In this document: one piece after another, positions 18,674 through 28,583 of the stretch
How positions within the stretch are numbered: the stretch's first letter is position 1
How the letters are laid out: each line of letters opens with the position of its first letter
Source: an uncultured delta proteobacterium
GTDB lineage: Bacteria; Myxococcota_A; Polyangia; Polyangiales; Polyangiaceae
Reading direction: 5' to 3'
DNA: 64,000 nt
NCBI GenBank assembly: GCA_963841435.1
Contig: CAWJCS010000001.1
Coordinates: 128,001 to 192,000, forward strand
Notes under the pieces: model-generated
The model's input: the letters and a program-made list of their open reading frames with translations, nothing else
Databases searched by the model: none
What the model was told of the DNA's origin: nothing
Program-made: the position numbers and the translations under genes

Positions 18674-20415
18674 GGTCCGACCTCGTTCGGAAGGCGCTCG
18701 AGGAACGCGGGAGCGGTCGTGAGCATGGCAACGAGGTCGCGAGCGCCGAGCGAAGCGTCCGCGAGCGATTGCTCGAGCGCCTCGTCGTCTGCCGTGAGCC
18801 GCCGCCCGAATGCGAATTGGATCCAGTTGCCCGCGTAGCAGCCGTGGGCTTCGGGGCTCGTCGCAAGCGCCTGCACGAGCTCGTCGGCACCTTGGAAGCT
18901 CAGCGTCTGGCCGTCGAGTTCGAGCATGCCCGCCGTATCGACGGCAACGCCGTTCTCGGTGGTGCGCGATTGGCCGATGGCGTCGAACGCCTCGAAGGCG
19001 AAGCCGGGTGCGTTGATCTCGCTGTGACAACCAACGCACGTCGGCTGTCCCGTGAGCAGGCTGACCTCCTCGCGCGTGGTCTTCGGAGGGGTGTTGGTCG
19101 CGGGCGGCGGCGTCTGCGAGGCGCCCGGTGGTGGGTCGGGGATCTGGCGACAGAGCACGTTTCTCAGCACGAACAGGCCGCGGTGAATCGGGTCGGTCTT
19201 GATGCTGTAGGCGTTCGACGCCAAAAAACCGACTTGCATCAGCAGGCCCTGGCGCTCACCCGGGTCGAAATCGACGCGCGTGAGGCCGCCCGACACCGTC
19301 TTGCCGTACAGGGGGGCGAGCGCCGAGTCGGCGAACGCGTAGGGCGCCGTCAGGATCGCGCTCAGGCCGCCGCCCGTCGCGAAGATCTCCTGAATGAAGC
19401 GCTCGGAGGCGTCCTCGGTGCGCGTGATCATGTCGGCGGGCGCGTTCGGGTAGGTGCTCTTGTCGGGCGAGATGCGCCCGTAGCGGGAGAATTGGAACGC
19501 CTGCGAGTGGAAGGAGATCGCTTTGGTCGTGGCGCGCGGATCGGCGAGCAGGCGCGCGGCCTGGGCGCGCACGGCGTCCGCGGCACCGAGCGCGCCGTCG
19601 TCGGCGAGCGTGGCGAGCTCGGTGTCGGGCAGGGTGTCCCAGATCGTGTAGGAGAGCCGCGCGGCGAGCTCGTAGGAGTCGAGCGCAATCAGCCCGTCGC
19701 CGCCGACCTCGTCACTGAGCTCGGTGCGATAGAGAAATTGCGGTGCCTGCAGCATGGCCTCGACCACGAGGCGCACGCCGTCGTCGAAATCGTTGCCGCT
19801 CGCGACGAGCGCCGGGCCCTGGTCGAACAGCGCGCGGAAGCGGGTGGCCTCCGTGCTCGTGAGCGGCCGGCGGAACGCCTTGCGACCGAAGCTCGTGATG
19901 AAGGAGTCGGCGCAGCTGGAATCGGTCCCAGCGCACGGAACGACGCGCGCCCGCACGGCGGCGTCCGAAACCGCGCGTGCCCCGAGCGACTCGGCCGCCG
20001 CGCGGTACTGGGGTCCGAGGCGTGCGTCGACGCGGAAGTCGGCGCTCGTGTCGTAAGAAAAGCCGTTCAGCGCGTCGGGCGCGAACTCGGCCGTGGGGTC
20101 GTCCGTAATACCGAACAGATCGTCCACCGTGTTCTTGTACTGTTCGTGCGTGAGGCGGGCGATGCGCGTCGCCGGCGAAACACCGCCGAGCCCGGGCTGA
20201 CCGCTCGTGCCGCTCGTGCCGCTCGTGCCGCTCGTGCCGGCGCTGCCACCACTACCGCCGCGCCCGGAGTTGCCGCCCGAGCCCGTGCCACCACTCGCCG
20301 AGCTGCCGCCCGAGGCCGGCGTGTCTTCCGTGTCGCGAGTGACCGTGCCGCTGCACGCGAGCAGCGCCGAGCAGGCGAGCGGAACCAACAGCTCGAGACG
20401 AAGACGGACCCGCAT
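18670..20415 (-). CDS. DUF1592/DUF1588/DUF1595-type lipoprotein (partner of DUF1552)
   Basis: Lipobox LLAC, RLTHEQYKNTVDDLFG, FGRKAFRRPL, MLQAPQFLYRTE, YELAARLSY, PIHRGLFV, CVGCH (CxxCH); ATGA overlap with the DUF1552 gene. Confidence 0.88.
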   Translation of the reverse strand: MRVRLRLELLVPLACSALLACSGTVTRDTEDTPASGGSSASGGTGSGGNSGRGGSGGSAGTSGTSGTSGTSGQPGLGGVSPATRIARLTHEQYKNTVDDLFGITDDPTAEFAPDALNGFSYDTSADFRVDARLGPQYRAAAESLGARAVSDAAVRARVVPCAGTDSSCADSFITSFGRKAFRRPLTSTEATRFRALFDQGPALVASGNDFDDGVRLVVEAMLQAPQFLYRTELSDEVGGDGLIALDSYELAARLSYTIWDTLPDTELATLADDGALGAADAVRAQAARLLADPRATTKAISFHSQAFQFSRYGRISPDKSTYPNAPADMITRTEDASERFIQEIFATGGGLSAILTAPYAFADSALAPLYGKTVSGGLTRVDFDPGERQGLLMQVGFLASNAYSIKTDPIHRGLFVLRNVLCRQIPDPPPGASQTPPPATNTPPKTTREEVSLLTGQPTCVGCHSEINAPGFAFEAFDAIGQSRTTENGVAVDTAGMLELDGQTLSFQGADELVQALATSPEAHGCYAGNWIQFAFGRRLTADDEALEQSLADASLGARDLVAMLTTAPAFLERLPNEVGP

Positions 20416-20601
20416 CGGACTTTCATTATGACAGGTTCCGCCGGGCGTCGCCGCCAGAAGCCGCATGGCAACGGCCTTCCACACGCACCTACATCGGCGT
20501 CGTCTCGCGCACCATGCCGCCAGATCTTCTAGGCTGAGTGCTCTTTGCGCGGCGGAATGCGTCCATCACGCTCGTGGTTTGCAATTCGGCTGGGACGGCG
20601 C

Positions 20602-22743
20602 TCAGGCGGCGTAGCCTTGGAGCTTCGGCGTCCAGACGGTGACGCGGTTCCGTCCGCCGCGCTTCGACGCGTAGAGCGCCTCGTCCGTCGCCTTGAAGAG
20701 CGCCTCCCACGTGCGGCCCGCCGTGGGGAATGGCGCCACGCCGACGGAGCAGGTCACGGAAAAGGTGCCGAGCTCACTCTTGAACGTCGTCGCGGCGAGC
20801 TCCTGACGGATACGCTCGGCGAGCTGAACGGCGCCGCGCTCGTCGGTCTCCTCGCAGACGAGCACGAACTCTTCGCCGCCGAAGCGTCCGACGGCGTCGG
20901 TGTCGCGCTTCACGCGGCCGAGCACGTCGGAAACCCCCTTGATCACGACGTCACCCACGTCGTGACCGTACGTGTCGTTGACGCGCTTGAAGTGATCGAT
21001 GTCGCAAACCAAAAGGCTAAGGGGGCGCGCGAACCGGTCCGCGCTCTTCAGTTTCTGATGCGCGATCTCGGTGAGCGCACGCTTGTTGAAGAGGCCCGTG
21101 AGACCGTCGGTCGTCGCCATTTCTTCGAGGCGCTTGAGCATGCGTGCGTTCGCGAGCGACACGGCGACGTGGCTCGCCAGCACCTCGAGGGTAGGTCGGA
21201 CGGCATCGCCGAACGCACCGCGCCGCCGCGACCCGAGGATGAGCGTGCCGAGCGCACGCTCGTGGACGAGCAGCGGGACGACGAGGAGCGACGGCATGGG
21301 CGGCGGTGCGATCGCTCGCGTGAACACGACCTGGCGGGACGGGTCGTAGTCACCGCGATAGGGCAACGCGTGGCGATTGGCGACGACCATGGAGACGAGC
21401 CCCGTATTGTGTCGGTAGCGCTTGCCGACGAGCTCGGCGGTGCCCTCGCCGCTTGCAGCGCAGATTTCGTGCGTCGAGCTCTGCCGGTCGAACAGCGTGA
21501 CCACGGCAAAGTCGAACGCCGCGAATTCGCGGGCGCCGTTGACGCCGGCCTCGATGACCTGGGCTTCCGTCGTGGCCGCGGCGAGCGCGTTGGCCGCGCG
21601 GTAGAGCTTGCCTTGCTCCACTTTCGCGCGATCGAGCTGCACGAAGACGCGTTCGTTCTCGATGGCGCGGTGCACGAAATGCGCGGCCGAGCGCAGCGCC
21701 TCCTCCTCGGACGGTGTGAACGGCTCGCGGGCCTCGCGGTCCACGACGAGCAGGCCGCGGGAATGCCCCGTCGAGCCGAACGGGGTCGCCGAGGCGGCGC
21801 CGATCGCCGGCCGGCGCGCGTAGTAGGGCAGGTGCACGCCCGTGCGGCTGCCGGAGAGGCTCACTTGCTCGCCGCGTTCGAGGCTCGCCCCGAAGATGCC
21901 GTCGCGCGCGCCGAACGGCCCCGGCTCGATGGCGTCCTCGGAGCTCGAGAGCTCGAGGATGGTGAGCGACTGGGAGGAAGCGTCGAGACCGAGCAGCATG
22001 GCGGTGCGCAGACCGAGCGTGCGACGCAAGAGCGCGAGCGCGAACTCGACGGCCTGGTGGATTTCATCGACGCCGGAGCGGAGCAGGCGTTCCTCGTCGT
22101 CGGGGGCGGGCGTGAGCGAGCGGTCGCGGGCCCCGGACGGCGCCCCCAGCAAGCGGTACGAGCGGGCCGCGTCGCGCATGCGCGCGATCTCCGACTCGAT
22201 GCGAGCGCGGGACAGCCGACGGATGCGGGCGACCTCGGCGCTGAACACGGCGAGATTCAGGAACGCGAACAGGGACACGAGCGCCGCGTGCTGCACGAGG
22301 CGGTCGGGATCGCGCGCACTGATGGCGTACGTGCCGAGCGCGGTCTCGAGCAGCACGGCGAAGGCCACGCCGAGCGTGGTCGTGAGGACGCCCGTGAAGC
22401 TCGCCGCGAGAAGGGCGACCGCGTACACGACGGCGTAGAGCGGACCGTCGAGGCCACCGGGTGCGTTGAGCACGAGCGCAAAGGCGGCGACGAACAGGTG
22501 GAGCACGAGCTCGAGGTCGAGCCTTCGGACCTCTTCGTCGGGCGCGAGGCGTCCGAGACGCCGCACGAGCCTGTACCCGAGCGAACCGAGGAGCAGGGCG
22601 AGCGCCGTCGCGTTCCACGGCGCGGGAGGGGGCTCGTCGGCCCAGGCGACGAGGTAGCCGCCGAGCCCGAGCGCGATCGCGCATCCGGCCGCTCGGGCCA
22701 CGCTTCGCTGCACCCAGAGGGCGGCCCGAACGAGGGGATCCAT
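20602..22743 (-). CDS. Membrane diguanylate cyclase, TM-GAF-GAF-GGDEF (DmxA-like architecture)
   Basis: Several N-terminal TM helices, two GAF-like regions, TDGLTGLFNKR, DIDHFKRVNDTYGHDVGD, RxxD I-site (RDTD) and GGEEF. Confidence 0.92.
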   Translation of the reverse strand: MDPLVRAALWVQRSVARAAGCAIALGLGGYLVAWADEPPPAPWNATALALLLGSLGYRLVRRLGRLAPDEEVRRLDLELVLHLFVAAFALVLNAPGGLDGPLYAVVYAVALLAASFTGVLTTTLGVAFAVLLETALGTYAISARDPDRLVQHAALVSLFAFLNLAVFSAEVARIRRLSRARIESEIARMRDAARSYRLLGAPSGARDRSLTPAPDDEERLLRSGVDEIHQAVEFALALLRRTLGLRTAMLLGLDASSQSLTILELSSSEDAIEPGPFGARDGIFGASLERGEQVSLSGSRTGVHLPYYARRPAIGAASATPFGSTGHSRGLLVVDREAREPFTPSEEEALRSAAHFVHRAIENERVFVQLDRAKVEQGKLYRAANALAAATTEAQVIEAGVNGAREFAAFDFAVVTLFDRQSSTHEICAASGEGTAELVGKRYRHNTGLVSMVVANRHALPYRGDYDPSRQVVFTRAIAPPPMPSLLVVPLLVHERALGTLILGSRRRGAFGDAVRPTLEVLASHVAVSLANARMLKRLEEMATTDGLTGLFNKRALTEIAHQKLKSADRFARPLSLLVCDIDHFKRVNDTYGHDVGDVVIKGVSDVLGRVKRDTDAVGRFGGEEFVLVCEETDERGAVQLAERIRQELAATTFKSELGTFSVTCSVGVAPFPTAGRTWEALFKATDEALYASKRGGRNRVTVWTPKLQGYAA

Positions 22744-22814
22744 GCGCTCTTGTCCGGCTACCAGTTCGCGCCGCTCGGGGCCTAGTTTTCCGGGCAGGTG
22801 ATATGTTCGGCGGC

Positions 22815-24275
22815 ATGCGGGCAGGCCTGAGGCTTCGGCTCCTGCTCCTGCTCGGGGCCTTGCTCGCTGTCGCGTTCGTCCCCCTGTTCCTTGCGGTGGC
22901 GACCTACACACAGCTGACCCTGCAACGCCTGTCGGAGGCGCACGGCCGCTCCCTCGGACGCGCGATCGCGGGCCACGTGAGCGAAGCGGGCCGAAGCCGC
23001 AAGGCTTCCGAGCTCATGCCGCTCCTGCGCTCGGAGATCGGCAGTGGCGGGCTCGACGCGCTCGGCGTCTACGGTCCGGACGAGCTCCCCGTGGCGCGCG
23101 TCGGTGAGCCGTCGGCCGTGGATGCCCTGCCGCCGCGCTTCCAACCGGGGCGCGAGGCAACCTGGGACGTCGTGACCTCGCACGGGCGTGGCCTTGCCGT
23201 GGCCGTCCCGGGAGCCGGCGGCACGGTCATCGCGGTCGTCCGGACGGACGACGAGGCGGCCCGGACGACGCCGTTGCTCCGGCTCGTGGGCCTTTACACG
23301 GCGCTCGGGGCGCTCGCGCTGCTCACGGCCACCTACTTTGCGCTCACGCGCCTCATTGTGCGGCCTCTCGACGAGCTGGCGCACGCGGCGGAGAGCGTGG
23401 CGCTTGGCGCGCGCCGGCTCGCCGTTCCCCGGACGCCCGTGCGCGAGCTCGTCGACCTCGGCAAGAGCCTGCGCAGCATGACCGAGGGGCTCATCGCCCG
23501 CGAGGACGCGCTGAAAAGGAAGATCGACGAGGTCGAGCAGGCCACCAAGAGGCTCGCCGAGGCGCAAGGTCAGCTCGTGCGCTCGGAGCGGCTCGCCTCC
23601 GTAGGTCGCCTGGCCGCAGGCCTCGCGCACGAGATCGGCAACCCGATCGCCGCGCTCATGGGCTTCGAGGATCTGCTGCTGCAGGGCGGCGTCTCACCCG
23701 AGGAGCAGCGCGATTTCCTGTTGCGGATGCGCCGCGAGACGGACCGCATCCACGGCATTCTGCGCGATCTCCTGGCGTTCGCTCGGCCGAGCACCGACGT
23801 GGCCGCCGACGATCAGCCCGGGGACGTCGATGCCGCGATCAACGACACGGCCGCACTCTTGCTCCTGCACCCGGCGCTCCGGGAGGTCGAGCTCACGCTC
23901 GACGTGCACCCGGGGCTGCCAGCGGTCGCGCTGGGTCGCGAGAAGCTCGTGCAAATCGCGCTGAATCTCGTGCTGAACGCCGCCGACGCCGTGGCACCTG
24001 GGGGCCGCGTGACGATCCGCGCCGAGGCGGGCTCGCTCGGTGTGAGGCTGTCCGTCGAGGACGATGGTCCGGGCGTGGCGAGCGACGTGCGCGAGCGGCT
24101 GTTCGAGCCGTTCGTCACGACCAAGGAGATCGGCAAGGGCACGGGGCTCGGGCTCGCCGTGTGCCGAGGGCTGGTCGAAGCCGTCGGCGGCACCATCTTG
24201 CTCGACGACGCTCCTCGCCGTGGCGCGCGCTTCGTGATCGAGCTGCCGCAGGCGCCGAGCGGCGCGCCGCCCTAG
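22815..24275 (+). CDS. HAMP-domain sensor histidine kinase
   Basis: Two TMs, HAMP, ERLASVGRLAAGLAHEIGNP H-box, N-box NLVLNAADA, DDGPG, FEPFVTTK, GTGLGL. Confidence 0.93.
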   Translation: MRAGLRLRLLLLLGALLAVAFVPLFLAVATYTQLTLQRLSEAHGRSLGRAIAGHVSEAGRSRKASELMPLLRSEIGSGGLDALGVYGPDELPVARVGEPSAVDALPPRFQPGREATWDVVTSHGRGLAVAVPGAGGTVIAVVRTDDEAARTTPLLRLVGLYTALGALALLTATYFALTRLIVRPLDELAHAAESVALGARRLAVPRTPVRELVDLGKSLRSMTEGLIAREDALKRKIDEVEQATKRLAEAQGQLVRSERLASVGRLAAGLAHEIGNPIAALMGFEDLLLQGGVSPEEQRDFLLRMRRETDRIHGILRDLLAFARPSTDVAADDQPGDVDAAINDTAALLLLHPALREVELTLDVHPGLPAVALGREKLVQIALNLVLNAADAVAPGGRVTIRAEAGSLGVRLSVEDDGPGVASDVRERLFEPFVTTKEIGKGTGLGLAVCRGLVEAVGGTILLDDAPRRGARFVIELPQAPSGAPP

Positions 24276-24312
24276 CTCCCGCCGGGTTCCACCGGGTGAG
24301 CCGCGCCGAGGC

Positions 24313-24672
24313 TCAGTTGCACCAGTCTTTGGTTTCGTGGGTGCTGCAGTAGTCGACCACGCATGTCGTGTACTTCTCGTACTCCTTGTCGCACTCCATA
24401 TTGGCCGGATCGCTGAGGTAGAACGAGGCAAAGTCGCAGACATCGCTGAGGTCGGCGACACAGCTGATCAGGTCGTCGAACTTCGAATCGCACTTGTCGC
24501 TCGTGTCGGAAAAGTCCTCTTGGCTGACGCAGCCGTGAACGCACTCGTCGTGGTCGAACTTGCTGCACCCTTCGTTCTGGGCGTCGTCGCAGATGTCGTA
24601 GCAGTCGGTCCCGCACGCGATGGCAAAGGGAAGTAAGAGCAGGATGGAGGCTAAGGTCGGGCGAAAGCGCAT
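24313..24672 (-). CDS. Small acidic Cys-rich lipoprotein
   Basis: MRFRPTLASILLLLPFAIAC lipobox; about 12 Cys in about 100 aa; GC3-biased codons. Confidence 0.75.
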   Translation of the reverse strand: MRFRPTLASILLLLPFAIACGTDCYDICDDAQNEGCSKFDHDECVHGCVSQEDFSDTSDKCDSKFDDLISCVADLSDVCDFASFYLSDPANMECDKEYEKYTTCVVDYCSTHETKDWCN

Positions 24673-24992
24673 CGAGGATCTCCTTGAGGGCCGAGGGTCC
24701 CGAGAGGCTGGCCTTCCCACCGGTGGAGGCCGCACACAGGACACACGAGAATTCGCCGCCCAGACAAAACTGTCAAGTTCTCGCTTCTGCGTGGTTTCAT
24801 TCTCGCGGCGCCCTTTGGAATCGGCGGGGGAGGCGGTGCCAGTGCGCGGGCTCGTTTGGGTCGCATTTCACTGAGGCTTTACCCGGACGCCCTACGGCGT
24901 CGGCAATTGTCGGCCCTTCTTGGCCGTTTGGCCGATCCCTGGAAGAATGGCCGTCGCCCCTCGCTCCGGCGAGGGCAACGTTCAAGCACTAC

Positions 24993-26537
24993 ATGCGCCT
25001 CGGGATCGATTTCGGGACGACCCGCACCGTCGTTGCCGCCGCCATCGACGGTCGCTACCCGATTGCCATCTTCGAAACGCCAAGGGGTTATTCGGAGTTC
25101 GTGCCCGGCATGGCGACACGGGGCGGACGTGACCTTTCGCTCGGCTGGGACGCGCAGGCACGGCTGGGATCCGGCAGCGAAGCCGTGCTCCGTTCGATCA
25201 AGCGCGAGGCCAGTTCGCGACTGCCGGACGAGCGACTGTCCGACCTCGGCTTCGATCGTAGCGTGCTCGAGATCACGACCGACTACCTGACGGCTCTCCG
25301 GCGCCTTCTGATCGAGCGGAGCAATCTCGACATCGACGAGGACGAGCCGCTCGAGGCGATGGTGGCCGTCCCCGCGAGCGCGAGCACGAGCCAGCGCTAC
25401 CTCACGGTGGAGGCGTTCAGCCGCGCCGGTTTTCGCGTGCTCGGTCTGGTGAACGAGCCCACGGCAGCGGCGATCGAGTACGCGCACAACAATCTCGCAT
25501 CGCTCGGCCGCCGCAGCCCCAAGCGCTACGTGGTGGTGTACGACCTCGGGGGCGGCACCTTCGATACCTCGGCCGTCTCGCTCGTGGATCGGCGGTTCGA
25601 GTTGATAGCGAGCGAGGGTATCGCTCGGCTCGGTGGCGAGGATTTCGACGCGGCCATCCTCGAGCTCACGCTCCGTCAGGCGCGCTTCGACGGCGTGCTC
25701 GTGCCGAGGACGCGCGCCGCGCTGCTCGAGACCTGCCGCGAGGCGAAGGAGGCGCTCTCACCGGGGAGTCGCCGGTTGCTGGTCAACTGCAGCAGCGTCG
25801 TCCCCAGCCTCGAGCCGGCGACCCTGGAGATGGCCGCCGTGAACGACGCCGTGGCGCCGCTCGTCGCGCGAACGCTCGATCTTCTCGAACGCGTTCTCGA
25901 CAAGGTTCGCGAGCACGGCATCGACCCCGAGAACAGCCGTGAGCTCGGCGGCGTTTACCTCGTGGGCGGCGGGACGAGCTTTCCGCTCGTCGGGCGGATG
26001 CTGCGTGAGCGGTACAAGCGCAAGGTGCTGGTTGCGCCCCAGCCGCACGCGGCGACCGCCGTCGGCCTCGCCATCGCCGCCGACCCGGACGCGGGCGTCT
26101 TCGTGCGCGAGGCGGTGACGCGCCACTTCGGCGTGTGGCGTGAGGGCGAAGCCGGGCGCGCGAAAATTTTCGACCCCATCATCGTCAAGGGCGCCCTTCC
26201 GGACTCGGGCGAGCTCATGTTCGAGCGTCATTATCGTCCCGTGCACGCCGTCGGCCACCTGCGCTTTCTCGAGTGCAGTGAGCTCGGCCCCGACGGCCAG
26301 CCACGCGGCGATCTCACGCCCTGGGGCGACATCTTGTTCCCGTACGATCCCGCACTCGCAGAACGGCGTGATCTCGACGATTTGCCGCTGGATCTTCGCC
26401 TTTCCGGGGGACAGGTCGAGATCGTCGAACGCTACGCTTACCGTCGCGACGGCGCCATCTCGGTCTCGATCGAAAACGCCACGGGCGGCTACTCGCGTCG
26501 TTACCTGCTCGGCCAGGGAACGGCAGCGGCCGAGTGA
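24993..26537 (+). CDS. Hsp70-family ATPase with non-canonical C-terminus
   Basis: LGIDFGTT, VAVPA, VNEPTAAA, YDLGGGTFDTS, LGGEDFD, YLVGGGT; no canonical DnaK substrate-binding domain or lid recognisable. Confidence 0.88.
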   Translation: MRLGIDFGTTRTVVAAAIDGRYPIAIFETPRGYSEFVPGMATRGGRDLSLGWDAQARLGSGSEAVLRSIKREASSRLPDERLSDLGFDRSVLEITTDYLTALRRLLIERSNLDIDEDEPLEAMVAVPASASTSQRYLTVEAFSRAGFRVLGLVNEPTAAAIEYAHNNLASLGRRSPKRYVVVYDLGGGTFDTSAVSLVDRRFELIASEGIARLGGEDFDAAILELTLRQARFDGVLVPRTRAALLETCREAKEALSPGSRRLLVNCSSVVPSLEPATLEMAAVNDAVAPLVARTLDLLERVLDKVREHGIDPENSRELGGVYLVGGGTSFPLVGRMLRERYKRKVLVAPQPHAATAVGLAIAADPDAGVFVREAVTRHFGVWREGEAGRAKIFDPIIVKGALPDSGELMFERHYRPVHAVGHLRFLECSELGPDGQPRGDLTPWGDILFPYDPALAERRDLDDLPLDLRLSGGQVEIVERYAYRRDGAISVSIENATGGYSRRYLLGQGTAAAE

Positions 26538-26550
26538 TACACTCGCCCAG

Positions 26551-28575
26551 GTGAGTCCCGAGCGACCCGCGTCGGTGCCCGACGACGCCGTGTACGACCC
26601 CGAGCAGCTCGGCTGGGAGGTCTCGGTGCGCGATGCCGCCGGCGTGCGGCAGGGTGAGGTCCGGCTCTATCGACCCGACGGGTCGCTCGCGCGCGTCTGT
26701 TCGTTCGAGGGCGGCAAGAAGTCCGGACCGTTCTCGAGCTTTCACCCGAGCGGCGAGGTCGCGAGCCGCGGGGCCTTCGTCGATGACCGGCTCGACGGCA
26801 CGTTCTTCCGCTTCGTGTCGAGCGCACCGGGCGGCGAGCCCTTGAGACACTGCTGCGTGCCGCCGGGCGCCGTCGAGCTCAGGGCCGAATACAAGGGCGG
26901 CCGGTTCGTCAACGAGACCTTCTACGACGAGACCGGCGCGCCGCTCGCCCCGGACGGCAGCCGCTGGCCCGCGCGCCCCGCGGGCGTGCCGGCGAGCGCT
27001 CGCTTCGACGAGCGCTCGAGCCGCTACGTCGACCGCATCGAAGACGAAGACGGGTCACGCGCGACGCTACGCTACTTCTCGGCGGACGGCGTGTGCGTCG
27101 AGGAGCTGCCCCTCCTCAACGGGATCATCGTGGGGCGGCGCCGTTTCGACGAGCGCGGCAAGCTCGCTTCCGACTACGGCTTCGACGAGCGCGGTGTGGC
27201 CCACGGACCGAGCCGCTTACGTTTCGAGCCGGACAGCTCGCCGCTCGACGTGCCCGAGGTGTGCGAGGTCGTCGGCGAGCACTTCCATGGGGAAGCGACC
27301 GGGGTCTGGTGCCTGCTCGACGCGAGCGGCGAGTGCGTGCGCAGTGTCGAGCGTGGCACCCCGTTCTCCGAGCCGCCGGCCGTCGTGCTCGAGCGCGAGC
27401 CGGCGTCGGTCACGGGCGACGAGCTCTTCGAGCGAGCCGCCGAGGCGCGTGACGTGGGGCAGGCACGCGAGGCGCTCTGCCTCGCCGCGCGTGGTGCCGT
27501 CCGGCTCGGTGACGGGACCCGGTTTCGGGAGTTTCTGCGCGTGTCGGTCATGCCGCAGAAGGTGGCTCCCGCGCTCGAGCACGCCGAGAGCATCGCGGCC
27601 GCGGGGGGCGTCACGGCCAGCCGTCTGCTCGATGCAGCCCTCGGAGGCGCCGACCTGCCGCGGATCTTCAGGGCGCTCGCGTCGACCCTGCCCGCCAACT
27701 GTGCCGCCTCACTCGACTACCTCGACGCGGCGCTGCTGCTCGCGCCTGACCGCACGATGACGCGCGTCGCGCGCGGCATGGCGCGCCTCGAGCACGGCGA
27801 TCGCACGGGAGCGCTCGCCGACGCCGACGCCGTGGAGAAGGACTCACCGGTCGCGGCGAGCTTCATGCGCGAGGAATGTCGAGTCGCCGCGTGCGACTAC
27901 GGGTTCGTGCCGCTGGTCGACCCCGTGGCCGAGCCCGAGGAAGAGCTGCTCCCCGTCGTGGTGGAGCAGCCGCTCGCCGCGGTGCAGCACGGGGTCGCCC
28001 TCTACGCAACGCGGCTCGGCTCGTTGCGCGCCGAGCTCCGCGCACGTCTCGGCGACGGCGGGCACGGCTTGCCTCCCGACGTGGCGTCGCTCTTGCCGAA
28101 CGGTCCGGTCGAGCTCAGGCGCTTCACGGCGCGCATCCGCGACGAGACGGACGACGGCTTCGAGGAGACCGATGTGGAGGTCGACGAGTCGCTCGCGCCG
28201 AGGGGCCTCTCCGTGCGCGAGCTCTGGCACGCCGCCCGCGCCGACTGGGCCGCGCTCTCTTGGCTGTGCTGGGCCGTGGGTCTCGACCGTGTGGGTATGC
28301 CGACTCGCGTCGAGCCCCCGCGCACGTTCCCCGCCGCGGTGAATCGCGCTTCCCTGCGTTGCTTCTGGGCGCACGATCGGCTGCGGACGGGCGGTCTGGT
28401 CGCGATGTCCCGCAAGGTGGCGCCGTTCGAGTGGGAGGGGCTCCCCGTCGAATCGCTCGCCACGCACCTTGCGAACGTGGCCGCGGCCGAGTACCGGGAG
28501 ACGCGGGCGGTGCTTCTGTGGCTGCTCTTCGAGCAGAACGTCTCGCCCTTTCAGGCGGATCTGCGCAAGGTCTGA
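26551..28575 (+). CDS. MORN/YwqK-like repeat protein with TPR-like C-terminal half
   Basis: RQGEVRLYRPDG, KSGPFSSFHPSGEVASRGAFVDDRLDG-type repeats; helical 'ALLLAPD...ARGMARLEHGDRTGALAD'. Confidence 0.65.
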   Translation: MSPERPASVPDDAVYDPEQLGWEVSVRDAAGVRQGEVRLYRPDGSLARVCSFEGGKKSGPFSSFHPSGEVASRGAFVDDRLDGTFFRFVSSAPGGEPLRHCCVPPGAVELRAEYKGGRFVNETFYDETGAPLAPDGSRWPARPAGVPASARFDERSSRYVDRIEDEDGSRATLRYFSADGVCVEELPLLNGIIVGRRRFDERGKLASDYGFDERGVAHGPSRLRFEPDSSPLDVPEVCEVVGEHFHGEATGVWCLLDASGECVRSVERGTPFSEPPAVVLEREPASVTGDELFERAAEARDVGQAREALCLAARGAVRLGDGTRFREFLRVSVMPQKVAPALEHAESIAAAGGVTASRLLDAALGGADLPRIFRALASTLPANCAASLDYLDAALLLAPDRTMTRVARGMARLEHGDRTGALADADAVEKDSPVAASFMREECRVAACDYGFVPLVDPVAEPEEELLPVVVEQPLAAVQHGVALYATRLGSLRAELRARLGDGGHGLPPDVASLLPNGPVELRRFTARIRDETDDGFEETDVEVDESLAPRGLSVRELWHAARADWAALSWLCWAVGLDRVGMPTRVEPPRTFPAAVNRASLRCFWAHDRLRTGGLVAMSRKVAPFEWEGLPVESLATHLANVAAAEYRETRAVLLWLLFEQNVSPFQADLRKV

Positions 28576-28583
28576 GCGCCGAG

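Noticed and set aside
26551-28575. Classical YwqJK toxin-antitoxin pair
   Set aside because: MORN-like repeats alone do not imply an antitoxin, and no toxin gene is recognisable next to it
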